From the NCBI RefSeq assembly GCF_009914755.1, contig NC_060929.1: a stretch of DNA of 64,000 nt. One strand, written 5' to 3'. The DNA comes from the human T2T-CHM13v2.0 reference genome, Homo sapiens. The notes under the pieces were generated by a model. It worked only from the letters and a program-made list of their open reading frames with translations. It ran no database searches and was not told the DNA's origin. Shown piece after piece: positions 1 to 16,240 of this stretch (the stretch's first letter is position 1; each line of letters opens with the position of its first letter). Both the position numbers and the translations under genes were made by a program.

Positions 1-53
1 ATTTGGACAGGGTTTTCCTCTGTCACCCAGGCTGGAGTACAACACAGTCTTGG

Positions 54-94
<41 letters not shown>

Positions 95-210
95 TATTTT
101 TGGTAGAGACAGAGTTTTGCTGAGGTTGGTCTCGAACTCCTGAGCTAGGTGATCTGACCCCTCGGTCTTCCAAAGTGCTGGGATTACAGGTGTGAGCCAC
201 CACGCCCAGC
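1..210 (-). mobile_element. Alu (older subfamily) with most of the right arm deleted and a T39 tract at the linker
   Basis: Alu motifs tgtcacccaggctggagt, gtctcgaactcctgagc and caaagtgctgggattacaggtgtgagccaccacgcccagc; T-run at 55-93 joins tcttggc directly to gtatttttggtagagac. Confidence 0.9.
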
Positions 211-347
211 AGCAGATGTCCTTTTGAAAAGAGGGGATGACAGGGCATTAGGGTGTCTAAGAGCTCCCACTGAAGATTATCTGGGACTGAACATTGTTAT
301 ATAAACAACTAGGACCAAGTAGAGGTAAGGAAAGCTGCCTGGTACAA

Positions 348-405
348 GTTTCAGAGAAATGTTTCTATAATTTCTGTTTCAGAGAAATGTTTCTATAATT
401 TCTGT
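348..405. repeat. Perfect 28-bp tandem duplication
   Basis: gtttcagagaaatgtttctataatttct at 348-375 and again at 376-403. Confidence 0.95.
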
Positions 406-759
406 CCCTTGAAAGAGAAAGGGAGGTTCTTCTGCATCCATGCATAATGTGGCAGAAGAGACTAGTGCCCTTTGTTATAGCAAAACAATCATGCATGCAA
501 AAGAGAATATGGAAACGTTATGGTAGAGTCTGATGTAGAGGCCAGACTCTTTGGCATAAGTTTGTACCACACACTTAAGCTCCCACCTGAGAGGAATCAG
601 ACTGGCCACTCTTGAGAGGAATGCTGAGAATGGGATGGATAGAACCTTAGTGCTAATATACAAGCATGCTCTGAAATACAAGGGTAGTGAGGCATTTTGC
701 GTCTCAGGCCCTATATATTTAAATAATTAAGAAAGAAGAGTTAAGAATTATTCCCAGAT

Positions 760-1890
760 TTTGTAGATGGCAGGGAGATATGAAGAGAGATGAGCAATTG
801 GGTTAACAGCTTTGTTCTTAAGTGAGATCATAAAGTAGCAGTTTAGGGGATAATCTAGTTTTGAACATGTTAAATTTGAGGTGCCTACTGGCATCCAAGT
901 AAAATGTCAAGAAAAAAGTTGGATGTATAAATGAGAGAAAAGATCTAAAATAAATATACAAATATAAGAATCATCAACATGTAGACTGAGCCATGAGATC
1001 ACTAAACAGGCATGGTCATGATTGGTAGTACTGGTTGTGCACTGCACAAGACCAGTCAGCTAAAAGGTGAGCAGTAGCTAACATCTAGCATAACCTCTCA
1101 CCAAACTGTGTGTTCTGAAATGGGACTATATCCACCTGGAGAAAAAAAATTTTAATTAGTAAAAATAGTGCCTCAAGGGAAACAGAAGCCCTAGAGAGAA
1201 GATTAAAAATGAAATAATTGACCCAGATATTACACCAGTACTAAAAGTTAGAAAATGCCAATGATTGCCTGAAGCTGAGTTGGGAGGTGTGAGGTGTCAA
1301 TCAATGGCAAAGGAGCATAGAGCAAATTCTGGACATATTGAAATGTTTTATTTCTTGACTAGGAAAAGTATAAGTTTGGGGAGGCGAGGCAAGTCAAGCA
1401 AAATGGTTTGAAAATGAGGGGCTAGTGATGTAGAGGGTGATAAAACAAAAACAATCAAGCCTTCTGTCCACAAAGTGTTTCAGAAGAAGAATGATCCAAT
1501 GAATAAGTATTTTTTGTTGATAATGCAAATAAGACTTAGGAGTTTGAATTAGCCATAGGATTTAGCAAACTGGCAATCACTGGTGAACTTGACTGGAGTT
1601 ATTTTGATAAAGTGGTGTTTAAATGAGTACACAAGAGAATAAAGAGAAGAAAGTATGAGACAATGAATGTAGGCCCCAAAATTTAAAATATTTTCTTTTA
1701 AAGCGGAGCAGATACATGGGGCAGTAGTTGAAGGGAGAAATGGGTTAAAGAGAAGATATTTTTAAGTGTAGAGTTAATGGCAAATGCGTTTGTAGGCTGA
1801 TTACAATAACTCAGCAGGGAAGAAAAACTGACTCAGAAGAGAAAGAGGATGATTTCTGGAGCAAGGTTCTTGTAGGGGTAACTGGGAATA
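760..1890 (-). mobile_element. L2 LINE remnants (fragmented)
   Basis: agttttgaacatgttaaatttgaggtgcctactggcatccaagt and ggatttagcaaactggcaatcactggtgaacttga resemble the reverse complement of the L2 3' region; boundaries approximate. Confidence 0.65.
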
Positions 1891-1907
1891 GAACCAAGCA
1901 CAAGTTA

Positions 1908-1940
1908 CACACACACACATACACACACACACACACGTGC
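1908..1940. repeat. (CA)n microsatellite, interrupted
   Basis: Read directly from the sequence. Confidence 0.95.
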
Positions 1941-2066
1941 ATACATTTGTATTTCCAATAAAAATGTTTTTTGACAGTGAAACTAATGAATAAAACCTGA
2001 AAAAAAACCCTCTTCGAATATTTCATACATTGAATTGTAGTCAACTTTTTCTGTGAACAATTAGGA

Positions 2067-2427
2067 TGTATTATGGGGTACCTCAATATGTAATCGTGTT
2101 GTGAGATAAAAGTCTTTAAAGAGGTGATAAAGTTAAAATGAGGTATTCAAAGTGGGCCCTGTTTCAATATCACTAGTGTTCTTACAAAAAGAGAAAATTT
2201 GGCCATACAGAGAAAGACGTCAGAAACAAATACCCACTGATGGAAGATCATGTGAGTCCACAGCGGGAAGTTAGCCAGCTGCAAGCCAAGAGGGATTTCA
2301 GAAGTAACCAAACCTGCTGACACTTTGATCTTGAACTCCTAGCCTTCACTATGAGAAATTAAATTTCTGTCATTTAAGCCACCTAGTTTCTGATGTTTTA
2401 TTACAGTACCCCTAGCAAACTAATACA
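2067..2427 (+). mobile_element. MLT1B-like MaLR solo LTR
   Basis: gtctttaaagaggtgataaagttaaaatgagg, gcaagccaagagg, aacctgctgacactttgatcttgaac and terminal ccctagcaaactaataca. Confidence 0.8.
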
Positions 2428-3659
2428 GAATGTAAGCCATTTGACACAAATAACCATGTCTCCTACTCCTTTTAAGACAGCAATTGCTATTAAAGGTACT
2501 TCATAAATATATGATAAGAATGAATCTTATCCTTTAATAAATGACTGGTGAAACTATGGTTTATGTGTAATATCTCTAATTATAGTTCACTGCACCTGAA
2601 TATATTTCTTCAGCAACAGTGCAGTTACATATTTATAATAGTGAGGATAATATATGAATTATCCAAAGGGAATCATATGGAATTTCTTTTCAGTTGAATG
2701 TTAAGTAATATTAATGTGAGGCAGTAGTAGAGACATCTGAAATGTTAGCTCCCTTCCTAAAGGCAAGAGAGCACCTTGTTTTACATTTCTGGAACATTTC
2801 AGGACCAATAAATTAATGTTAAAAAATAAAACCCTCTCTGAACATATGTTCTTAGGATAATCTAAAACCCGTTAGGAAGTGGTTTTCACTACAATTCTAA
2901 TTCTTGATTTAAAATAATTTTATTTCTAATTTATGCGCACGCACTTGTAATTCTTCTGTAAAGCACATTGAGGAATAAAAATCCAATAACTCACAGCCAT
3001 ATCAATTATTCTGTGGAATATGATTTCTAAATCAATAATGATTATTATGCAACCAATGAATCAAAATTCTTGCATTTTACTTTCTTTGAAGTAGCTACTT
3101 GCCTTGTTTTTATGCTAGACATGAAACCACAAGATGTAGGACTTTAACAGGGCAAATGAAATTCCTCATTTTAATGTACTGCAGTTCATTTTTATGCACA
3201 GTTGCTTAATGTGTTTCATCTTTGTGCATGATAGGAGTCACTGTCTTTGTAATCTCATTTCAATCACTATCCAAGTGGTATGTTGCTGAAAACATTAATT
3301 TTTACTAATGCTAGGAAAACGTTTTCTGAAAGCAAGTTTGCTCATGCATGCTTTTTGCAAATGTCTTTCTATTCTTTGCAATCAGCTGAGTTGACATTTT
3401 AATTGGTCTGTAAGCCTGTGAAGAGTGCTGGCTGAGAAACAAGCATGCTTTCGGGCATTGCTTTCCCTCTGACAGCATGTTACATGCTGACTCTCTGCAC
3501 ATCTCAGTTTAGTTGAATCTATATTTGTATTCTTTATATTACAATTATGACGGTGATACATCAGACAACCTGCCTTCAATGTAATCTTAAAACTCATTTA
3601 TAGCTGGTAATTTCTCATATGCTGGAATATGATAATGGAAACACAAGCAAGGATCATAA

Positions 3660-3951
<292 letters not shown>

Positions 3952-4819
3952 CATAACTTTTAAGTATTGAATATTCACATACTTTCAAAAAAGTGCATTT
4001 GCATTTGTACATGAGAAAGAGAGAGACAGGAGGGAGACAAGAGATTGGGACAGAGATCTGGCAAAGTTGTGTGTGTATGCACAGACTAAGTCAAAGTAAA
4101 TTTATGTAGTTTTAGTTAGAAACTCACCTATTTTGTGTTAAACGGAGATAAATTTTTATTGTATTTTATCCATATGAAATGAGCTCTTTTCTATCCAATG
4201 ATTTAAGACATTTGATTATAAACATTGTTACTCACATTCACATAGGAAGTGCCACTTCACTAAAGCACCACTCACTACAGTCCCTGCTGATTGGCAAATT
4301 AGTTTCTTTAATATTTAATTGTTTAAAATCTTGTTTAACAAACAAACTTTTCTCAGTGTGAATTTAGACTTGTATAAAATAGATTATAATTAGTTTTCTT
4401 AGATTCAGATATATCTTTAAACACAGGACAATAACCATTTCTACTAAATATACTAATTAATAAATGCAATTTTAACATATTTTTCTATTAAAGACAATGT
4501 TTGTTTAGTCAATTTGTTATGGACATTATGGAGACCAAAGAGCTCTAAACTTTGACAGCACATTTTTTCTACATTTATTTCCACTGTATTGCAGCTACTT
4601 CTTTATTAATATGTGTACATTATCATTATTTAATATATCAGGAGACAATACATAGTTGTTTAAGGTTATTGTTAAATTTTTTGTTCACATTTTATATATG
4701 TAGGTATATGTACATATCAATATATCTGCATTTAGGAGGCTTACCGATAACAAAACAAAAGCGGATCAAAACATCCATATTTGAAATACAGATTTAAAAT
4801 CACTTGGCAGCTAGATACT

Positions 4820-5870
4820 AGGTGTAGAAATAGGTATTGTTGAGAAGAAAAGGGTTTTCCAGGTCCTTTATCAGTGTTCTAGCTATCAAAAACCAAGCCC
4901 TGAGGTCTTCAGTTCATACTCTCATGCAATGTAGACTATACAGCTCCTTGTTAACTCAGTAAAGGCCTGCTGTTCCAACTCAGAAGGAGGATATAACCTA
5001 GCCCACAGGAATGATAAGAAGAAGAAGAGAAGATAGCAACAAGGTTAGAACCCACAGAGTATGTCCCTTCTGTAGTCTCTTGCTTGGGGGAAACAAAGGC
5101 CAAGTTTATGAGACGATTAAAGACTTTTTGAGGGCTGATGTTGGCTTGCGAACTTATTCCCTGTTTAGGAACTTGAATGCAACAACCTGAGGAGCAGCAA
5201 CACTAGCAACACGGCATGGTCTGACTAAGACATTCTGTAGCTTTAACTCTGCAGTTTAACTTTGTAAGGATATACTTCATTCTGGAAGGAAGCCCAGAAG
5301 CCCTGAGATTCTTGCTGGGGGGACTGCTGGACAGATTCACTACCAAAGGTCTGAGATGCTCTTTTTGAGAATGCTGCTAACTGAATTACAAAGTCTGGGG
5401 CCTAATGATTACCAGTGCCAGAGCTCCAGGGTTTTGTAGTGTCAGCATTTACTGAGGCGGGGTTCATCTTAGCCTAGAATCACTGTGGATCTGTCCACAT
5501 AGGACTTATGCAGGCCGCAGAATTTACAGGCTGAAAAGCAACACCCTGGAAATCAGAGGGGGCAGATGGCTCCATGTTCCAGGACACTTATTCCTCCCAA
5601 CTACCACCCATAAATATGCCTGCCCTGCCTTCTTCCTGCAGTTCACCTGGAGAAAAATGAGAAAAAGAGAAGGAGCTGGCTGGGCAGCTTACTAGCCAGG
5701 AGATGAAGCTGCCTAAACAATATATGACTCTTTAAATTAATTGACCCTACTAAACTTAAATTGGTCATTTTGACAAAATTATCACTCCAACTAATCTGCA
5801 AGTGAGTTTTGTGAAGAAAACTAGATTAGCAAAAGGTAAAATAATTATATTTCATCCTTCACTTAAGGTA
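4820..5870. mobile_element. Possible ancient LTR-like element (family not determined)
   Basis: About 1 kb block clearly more GC-rich than its flanks, starting tgtagaaataggtattg; no ORF. Assignment rests on composition and loose resemblance only. Confidence 0.3.
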
Positions 5871-5910
5871 TGAGGTAAACATATACTTCAATTATTTTAT
5901 ATGCTTCCAC

Positions 5911-5913
<3 letters not shown>

Positions 5914-5944
<31 letters not shown>
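5914..5944. repeat. (CA)n microsatellite
   Basis: Read directly from the sequence. Confidence 0.95.
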
Positions 5945-5948
<4 letters not shown>

Positions 5949-6906
5949 GCCAGGACCTTAATTGATTCACTCATCCACTCATCTTTAGCAATATTTTATG
6001 ACTCAAAAGTTTTTAAAGTCCAAATGTATCCTTCTCTGAATTTAAAGAAAAAACAGGAGAGTGTCTTGTTTGACAATGAGAGTAGCAAAAGAAAACAATA
6101 TTGGCCAGTTAAGAATGAAATAAGTTCACTGCAGCTCTAGTCAGTAGTTTTCTTCTGCCAGTGCAAGGGAGGCTGGGTTTTCCCCTGCCAGTGCAAGGGA
6201 GGCTGGGAGGTTTGGACTGGGTGGTATTCCCGACAGGGCAGCACAGCATCTATGGCAGATCGTGGCCAGACTCTTTGTTTAGGTGAAACCTGGATCCAAC
6301 CCTTTTCACCAGGCAGGGCCTCCCTGTAGGACTTTAGCAACCCAAGCCAGGGGTTTGCAGACAGAACTCTCATTTCCCTGGGACCGAGCACCTAGCGGGG
6401 AGGGGCAGCCATGGTCTCAGGTTCAGGGGACCTAATCTTTCCTGCCTGCTGACTCTGAAGAGTCCAGACATTCCAGACCAGAGGGATTTCCCCACCACAG
6501 CACTCCAGCTCTGCTAAGGAGCAGCCAGACTCCATCCATAAGGGGGGCTTTGATCCTGTGCCTCCTGACTTGGGAAGATCTCCCAACAGGGGTTTCTAGA
6601 CACCTCATATGGGAGAGCTCTGGCTGGCACTAGGTCAGTGCCCCTCTGGGACGAAGCTTCCGGAGGAAGGAGCAGGGAGCAACCTTTGCTGTTCTGCAGC
6701 CTCCACTGGTGATACCCAGGTAAACAGGGTCTGGAGTGGGCCCCCAGCAAACTGCAGCAGACCTGCAGAAAAGAGGCCTGACTGTTAGAAGAAAAACAAA
6801 CAGAAAGCAAAAACAACAACAACACAACATCAACAAAAATGACCCCACGAAAATGCCATCCAAAGGTCAGCAGCTTCAAAGATCAAAGTTAGGTAAATCC
6901 ACAAAG

Positions 6907-7980
6907 ACGAGGAAAAAACAAAACGCAAAAAGCAAAACATAAAAATGCTGAAAATTCCAAAAGCCAGCATGCCTCTTCTCCTCCAAATGATTGCAACACC
7001 TCTCCAGCAAGGGCACAGAACTGGGCTGAAGCTGAGAATGGACAAACCGACAGAAGTAGGCTTCAGAAAGTGGCTAAGCTAAAGGATTATGTTCTAACCC
7101 AAAGCAAAGAAGCTAAGAATCATGATAAATGATTACAGGAGCTGTTAACTAAAATAACCAGTTTAGAGAGGAACATAAATTACCTGATAGAGCTGAGAAA
7201 CAGAGCATGAGAACTTTATGATGAAAACACAAGTATCAATAGCTGAACCAAACAACTGGAAGAGAGAATATCAGAGCTTGAAGACCATCTTGCTGAAATA
7301 AGGCAGGCAGACAAGACTAGAGAAAAAAGAATAAAAAGGAATGAACAAAACCTCTGAGAACTATGGGACTATGTAAAAAGACTGAATCTGTGATGGATTG
7401 GAGTACCCAAAAGAGATGAGGAAAATGGAACCGAGATGGAAAACACACTAGAGAATATCATCCAGGGGAACTTCCCCAACCTGGCAAGACAAGCCATTAT
7501 TCAGATTCAGGAAATTCAGAGAACCCCAATAAGATATTCCACAAGATCAACCCCAAGACATATAATCATCAGATTCTCCAAGGTCAAAATGAAGGAAAAA
7601 ATATTAAAGACAGGCAGAAAGAAAGGTGAGGTTACCTACAAAGAGAAGCCAATCAGACTAACAGCAGACTACTCAGTGAAAACCCTGAAAAGCCAGAAGA
7701 GATTGAGGGTCAATATTCAACATTCTTAAAGAAAAGAATTTCCAACCAAGAATTTCATATCCAGCCAAACTCAGCTTTATAAGAGAAGGAGAAATAGAAT
7801 CCTTTTCACACAAGCAAAACCTGAGGGATTTTGTCACCACCAGGCCTGCCTTGCAAGAGCTCCTGTAGAAAGCACTAAACATAGAAAGGAAAAACCATTG
7901 CCAGCCATTACAAAAACACAGTGAAGTACACAGGCCAATGACACTATGAAGCAACTAAATAAACTAGTTTGCAAAATTAA
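6907..7980 (+). pseudogene. L1 ORF1p remnant (start codon mutated to ACG, stops and frameshifts)
   Basis: Fragment 7436-7729 ENTLENIIQGNFPNLARQAIIQIQEIQRTP...PRHIIIRFSKV matches L1 ORF1p. Confidence 0.9.
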
Positions 7981-7995
7981 TCAGTCAGCATTATG

Positions 7996-11795
<3,800 letters not shown>

Positions 11796-13038
11796 ACAAT
11801 GAGAACACATGAACACAGAAAGGGGAACAAGCAACAATGGGGCCTGTTGGGGGAGGGCAGGCTGCGGGCAGAGCATTAGGATAAAGAGCTAATACATGCT
11901 GGGCTTAATATCTAGGTGATGGGTAGATAGCCGCAGCAAACCACCATGTTACCTATGTAGCAAACCTACACATTCTGCACATATAGCCTGGAACATAAAA
12001 ATAATAAAATTAAAATTTAATTTAATTAAGAAAAGAAAAAAATATAGTAAGTTCATATATTTTCATCCAGGTGCAAATTACAAAATTATCCTGCTCAAAT
12101 GTATGTATTTATATATGTGTGTATGTGTGAATGTATAACAATATACTAAAAAAGTATTTTTATTAAAGTATTTAATACATAAACCTTAAAATTCTACCTT
12201 ACAAGTTTAATGGAAAGAAAAGGATACAGCAGCTATTACTACTTCTAGCTATCTCATTAAAAATGAACTTAAAGAAGACAACTAAACACTAACAGAATAG
12301 TCTACACAAAATGCTGTGATTCGGTACAATATCCAAAATGTGTGTATTTCACCTTGCTTCAGATATCAGATTTTAGATCCTGTTTATTGTGAATTACAGT
12401 CATTGTATTTATACCCATATTTTACTTTCTTATACTTTCTAAAGCAGTCACTAACAAGTGTTTACTTTGTTACAAATGCCTAACTTCCCTGAGAGTCTCT
12501 TTTTTTCTCCTGTACTCAGTGCTAAAATAATTTGCCAGAAATATCTTTTTTTGTACTATCTTGCTCTCTAACTCTAGTGTTTTCCTATATTATACTATTT
12601 CGATCAAAACTCCTCAACCTCACATGACCTTCTTTAACTGATTTCCCTGTAGTTCTATAGTCTTGAACATTATTTCTGAAAACTGATGCAGTCAGAGGTC
12701 CAAGATGATATGCACAGAGTTTTTTAAGTTACTCATTGCCATCTCTTATCCCAGAATGTTTTAGTATACCTCTAATATTTGGTTCCATGTCTTTTCTCTG
12801 CCAATACATATTTCTGACAATTCATTCTATTAAATACTTCAACACCTAACTCAAAATCTCAAGCTTTCTGGAAATTCTTCCAATAGGTTTTACAATAATC
12901 CATTGTTTAGTTAACCATAAATAATCTCTCTTAATATTGATGTTTTACATCTTTTTGTAGGGGTTTGTAAAACTTTGCTTTATGTTAATATTGTTTCATA
13001 AACTCTTTTTTTTTTTCACTAAAAACCTGAAACTCCCT

Positions 13039-13480
13039 CGTACAGTTTGACTTGTGTTCCCCTCCAACTCCTATGCTGAAGTCCTCTCCCCCAGGGCTTC
13101 AGACTGTGACGTTTTTTGGAGACATCTTTCCAGCGGTGATCAAGTTAAAATGAGGCCATTAGGTTTGGCCGTATTAACTCATGTCAATCAATAGAGAGAA
13201 AATTTGGAAACAGACACTCACTCGGGGAGAATGCCATGTGGAGGTGAAGGCCACAATCCAAATGACGCTTCTGCAAGTCAAGGAATGTCTAAGGTGAACA
13301 GCAAACTACTAAAAGCCAAGAGGCACAGAGCAGATACTTTCAGAGCCTTCAGAAGAAACCCACCCTGCCAACAAGATGATCCTGAATGTCCAGACTTCAG
13401 AATTAAAAGACAGTACATTTCTATTGTTTAATGTACTGTCTTACAGTTCTTCAGGATTATGATAGCCCTGGCAAATTATT
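13039..13480 (+). mobile_element. MLT1C-like MaLR LTR
   Basis: atgctgaagtcctctcccccag, caagttaaaatgaggccattagg, gagaatgccatgtggaggtgaaggc, cagagccttcagaagaaac. Confidence 0.75.
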
Positions 13481-14942
13481 GCTTCTTCAAGAGGGAAAAA
13501 AAGGGTTTATTTCTATACTTGAAAATCATGCTGCTTACACAGGGAAGCAGTAGACATGCAAAATTAGTTTTTGACTCAAAAAGTATTGAAAGAGGATGAG
13601 CCTTAATCTTATTTAAATAAATACATAGAACAAAACGTGCTGATTTTAGATGTGTAAATAAAGTGAATAGAAGGAATAAAGTTGTTACTTCATTGAAGCA
13701 AAGTTCAAATAAGTGTATTGCCTTCTGTTTCTGTTTATAAAGCCTAATGAATTATCAGCACTATTTGCATTTTCACAATATTTGTAAGTTGAGTATATCT
13801 CCTTTTCTGGAATAGTTCATTTATTATCCTTTTTACATTGTAAATATTGATATAAACATCTTAATTTTATTCATGTAAATAGGCATGTCCATTTTGTTTT
13901 ATATTTTGACCTCAAATGATATTCATTCTTTTATTCTTTGCATTTTTATAGCAGTATATTTGTAAGAACTGATACAATAAACAATGCTTAATTAAAATTT
14001 TATATTAATCAAAAGTTCATATCGATATTGTTACTTTAAAATGTCACAGATTTTTATATATAAACCAAAAGCTTTTGGGGTCCTAAGTATAGTTAAAATT
14101 TTTAAATGTTATTATACATATGACATACACTAATCATTTTAACTCCTAATTAACATTTTCATAAAGAAAAGTGTCTTGAATATATGAAGTACATTAGAGG
14201 TTAAGACTAATATTATGCCAATTGATTCATCTCTCCTTGTTTGCCAAAATTGCAGATCACACATTTGCAAATGGCACATTCAAATAAAGATAACAATTCA
14301 ACAAAGCTTTGGTATTTGAACTACTTTTGAATTAGTTAATACTAGTTTTTACAAACTATGGTTATTCTTTAACACATATATGAACTTCAATACAAGTAAG
14401 TGCTTCTTTCATTTAAAAAGTATTATTTGATTAAATATAGCTTGATAATCAAAGATACTAATTTGAATGTCTTGATATTGCACAAAAAGAAGCATTAAAA
14501 ATAATCAAATAATATATTTTTGAAATGAAATGAATATGTATATTTTCCTATATACCAATGTAGAGATACAAAACACAAGAACAGAATACAATTGTCTTTG
14601 TTCATCTTCATGAAGGCAATCAACTGTTTATGAGTAAAAAAAGGTCACTTTTTTGTCTGTCTCCTAAAATAATCCAAAGTTTTCTTCAAAATGGAAAATA
14701 AAATTTTTCCATCATTTATAGTGACTTTGATTGAAACAGATCTATCCTTTATTAAATTTGGAACTATGTAGCTCATATTTTTTCACCTATGCCATATCTT
14801 ACAGGCTTTAAATTTTTGCACATTGTGCTTTTATTTTTCTTTGTTTACCAAAAATATATTAATGAAACCTGAACATCAAAATTATTTAGCACATCCTTGA
14901 TTACTGACTTCTGAACTCTGTTAGTTTATTCTAAATACATGT

Positions 14943-15031
14943 ATTTATTTATTTATTTATTTATTTATTTAGAGTCAGGGTCTTGCTCTGTTGCCCAGAC
15001 CAGAGTGCAGCAGCACAATCATAGCTTGCTA
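14943..15031 (-). mobile_element. Short 5'-truncated Alu (J-like) with (TTTA)n tail
   Basis: agagtcagggtcttgctctgttgcccag; flanks taaatacat and taaatatat look like a TSD. Confidence 0.85.
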
Positions 15032-15264
15032 TAAATATATATTAACACTTTTGATATTTTTTGTTCTTAAGGCTCGCATTTTGCTGTGATTATAGCCTAC
15101 CTTTGATCAATCAAGACTCCCTGATAATTATAGCACTTTTCTCACTTCATGTTTTTCACTTTGGATGCAAACATGAAAATATAGTGTTAAAAATCATGGA
15201 TTCAGAAAGCAATCTTCAATAACAATCACTTGGTTATATTACTCTATCTCTACAAAGACATACT

Positions 15265-15719
15265 AGGGAGAAACCAATTCCTTATTCATTCACATTGTTG
15301 GCAGAATTAATTCCTTGTGGTTGTAGGACTGAAGTGCCGATTTGCTTGCTGACTGTCAGCTTAGGGTTGTTCCAGCTTTTAGAAGTCACTTTTATTCCTT
15401 GGCTCATAGCCACCTTGCTTGACCCTAAAACCTGGCAGATCAGATCGAGACCCTTTCAAATTTTAAATTCCCCATTTTTCCCTCTGTTGCCCAATCTCTG
15501 GTTGACTGTTCTTCCTTCCTCTTTCACTTTTAAGGACCCATGTAATTACATTTAGCCCACCAGTATAATTCAAAATAATCTTCCAGCTTTAACATCCATA
15601 ACTTTATTTCCACCTGTGAAGTCCCTTTTGCCAAGTAACATAATCTATACCAGGAATCACACCTTAAGTGTGGAAATTAGATTTTTTTGTGTGGGAGGGT
15701 ATTGCTCTGCCTATCGCAG
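15265..15719 (-). mobile_element. MLT1E/F-like MaLR LTR
   Basis: tgttggcagaattaattccttgtggttgtaggactgaagt, cacttttaaggacccatgtaattacatt, terminal ctctgcctatcgca. Confidence 0.7.
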
Positions 15720-16240
15720 AAAGCCCTTTTATGAGGAATCTTCCCAGTGTGCCATATAACTCAGGCTTCTCCCTCCCGGCTGCTGGGATCATAAACTGTT
15801 TTCAGCTCTCAAAAGTGTTTTACCTAATGAATTCTGATGATTCTTTTTCCACCTTTCAGTAGCTTCCTCTCACTCACATGCAGTAGAGAATCCAGATGAG
15901 AGTTCACAGCACCAAAGTGAATATATCTGGAGATTTCTGTGCTGCATCTCCTTCCAGTAGTTCATCCTGTAAATTTTAATCACCTTTACCTCTCTGAATT
16001 CTAATCTATGTTTCCTAATTCAACCAGAAGGCTGGGCTGTATTTCACTTTCTACTTGCTACACTGCATCCGAGGAAATATCTCACCTCATCTCTTTCCAT
16101 TTCTTCAGAGACCACAGTCTTATGCTGTTTATTGTCCAGTGTCTAAAACCAATGTTTCATATATTTAGCTTAGTTTTATAATTTTTTAAAATAGCTTGCA
16201 TATAATTCTTATAAAAGTGAATCTTTATGAGCACAACCTG
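15720..16240 (-). mobile_element. Ancient L1ME-type 5' fragment
   Basis: ctcacctcatctctttccatttcttcagagaccacagtcttatgctg...tgtccagtgtctaaaaccaatgtttcatatattt resembles an antisense L1ME 5' end. Confidence 0.55.

Noticed and set aside
6514-6879. 121-aa antisense ORF in the L1 5'UTR as ORF0 or a new protein
   Set aside because: Lies in a degenerate old L1PA; antisense ORFs are common in L1 5'UTRs and I see no ORF0 similarity.
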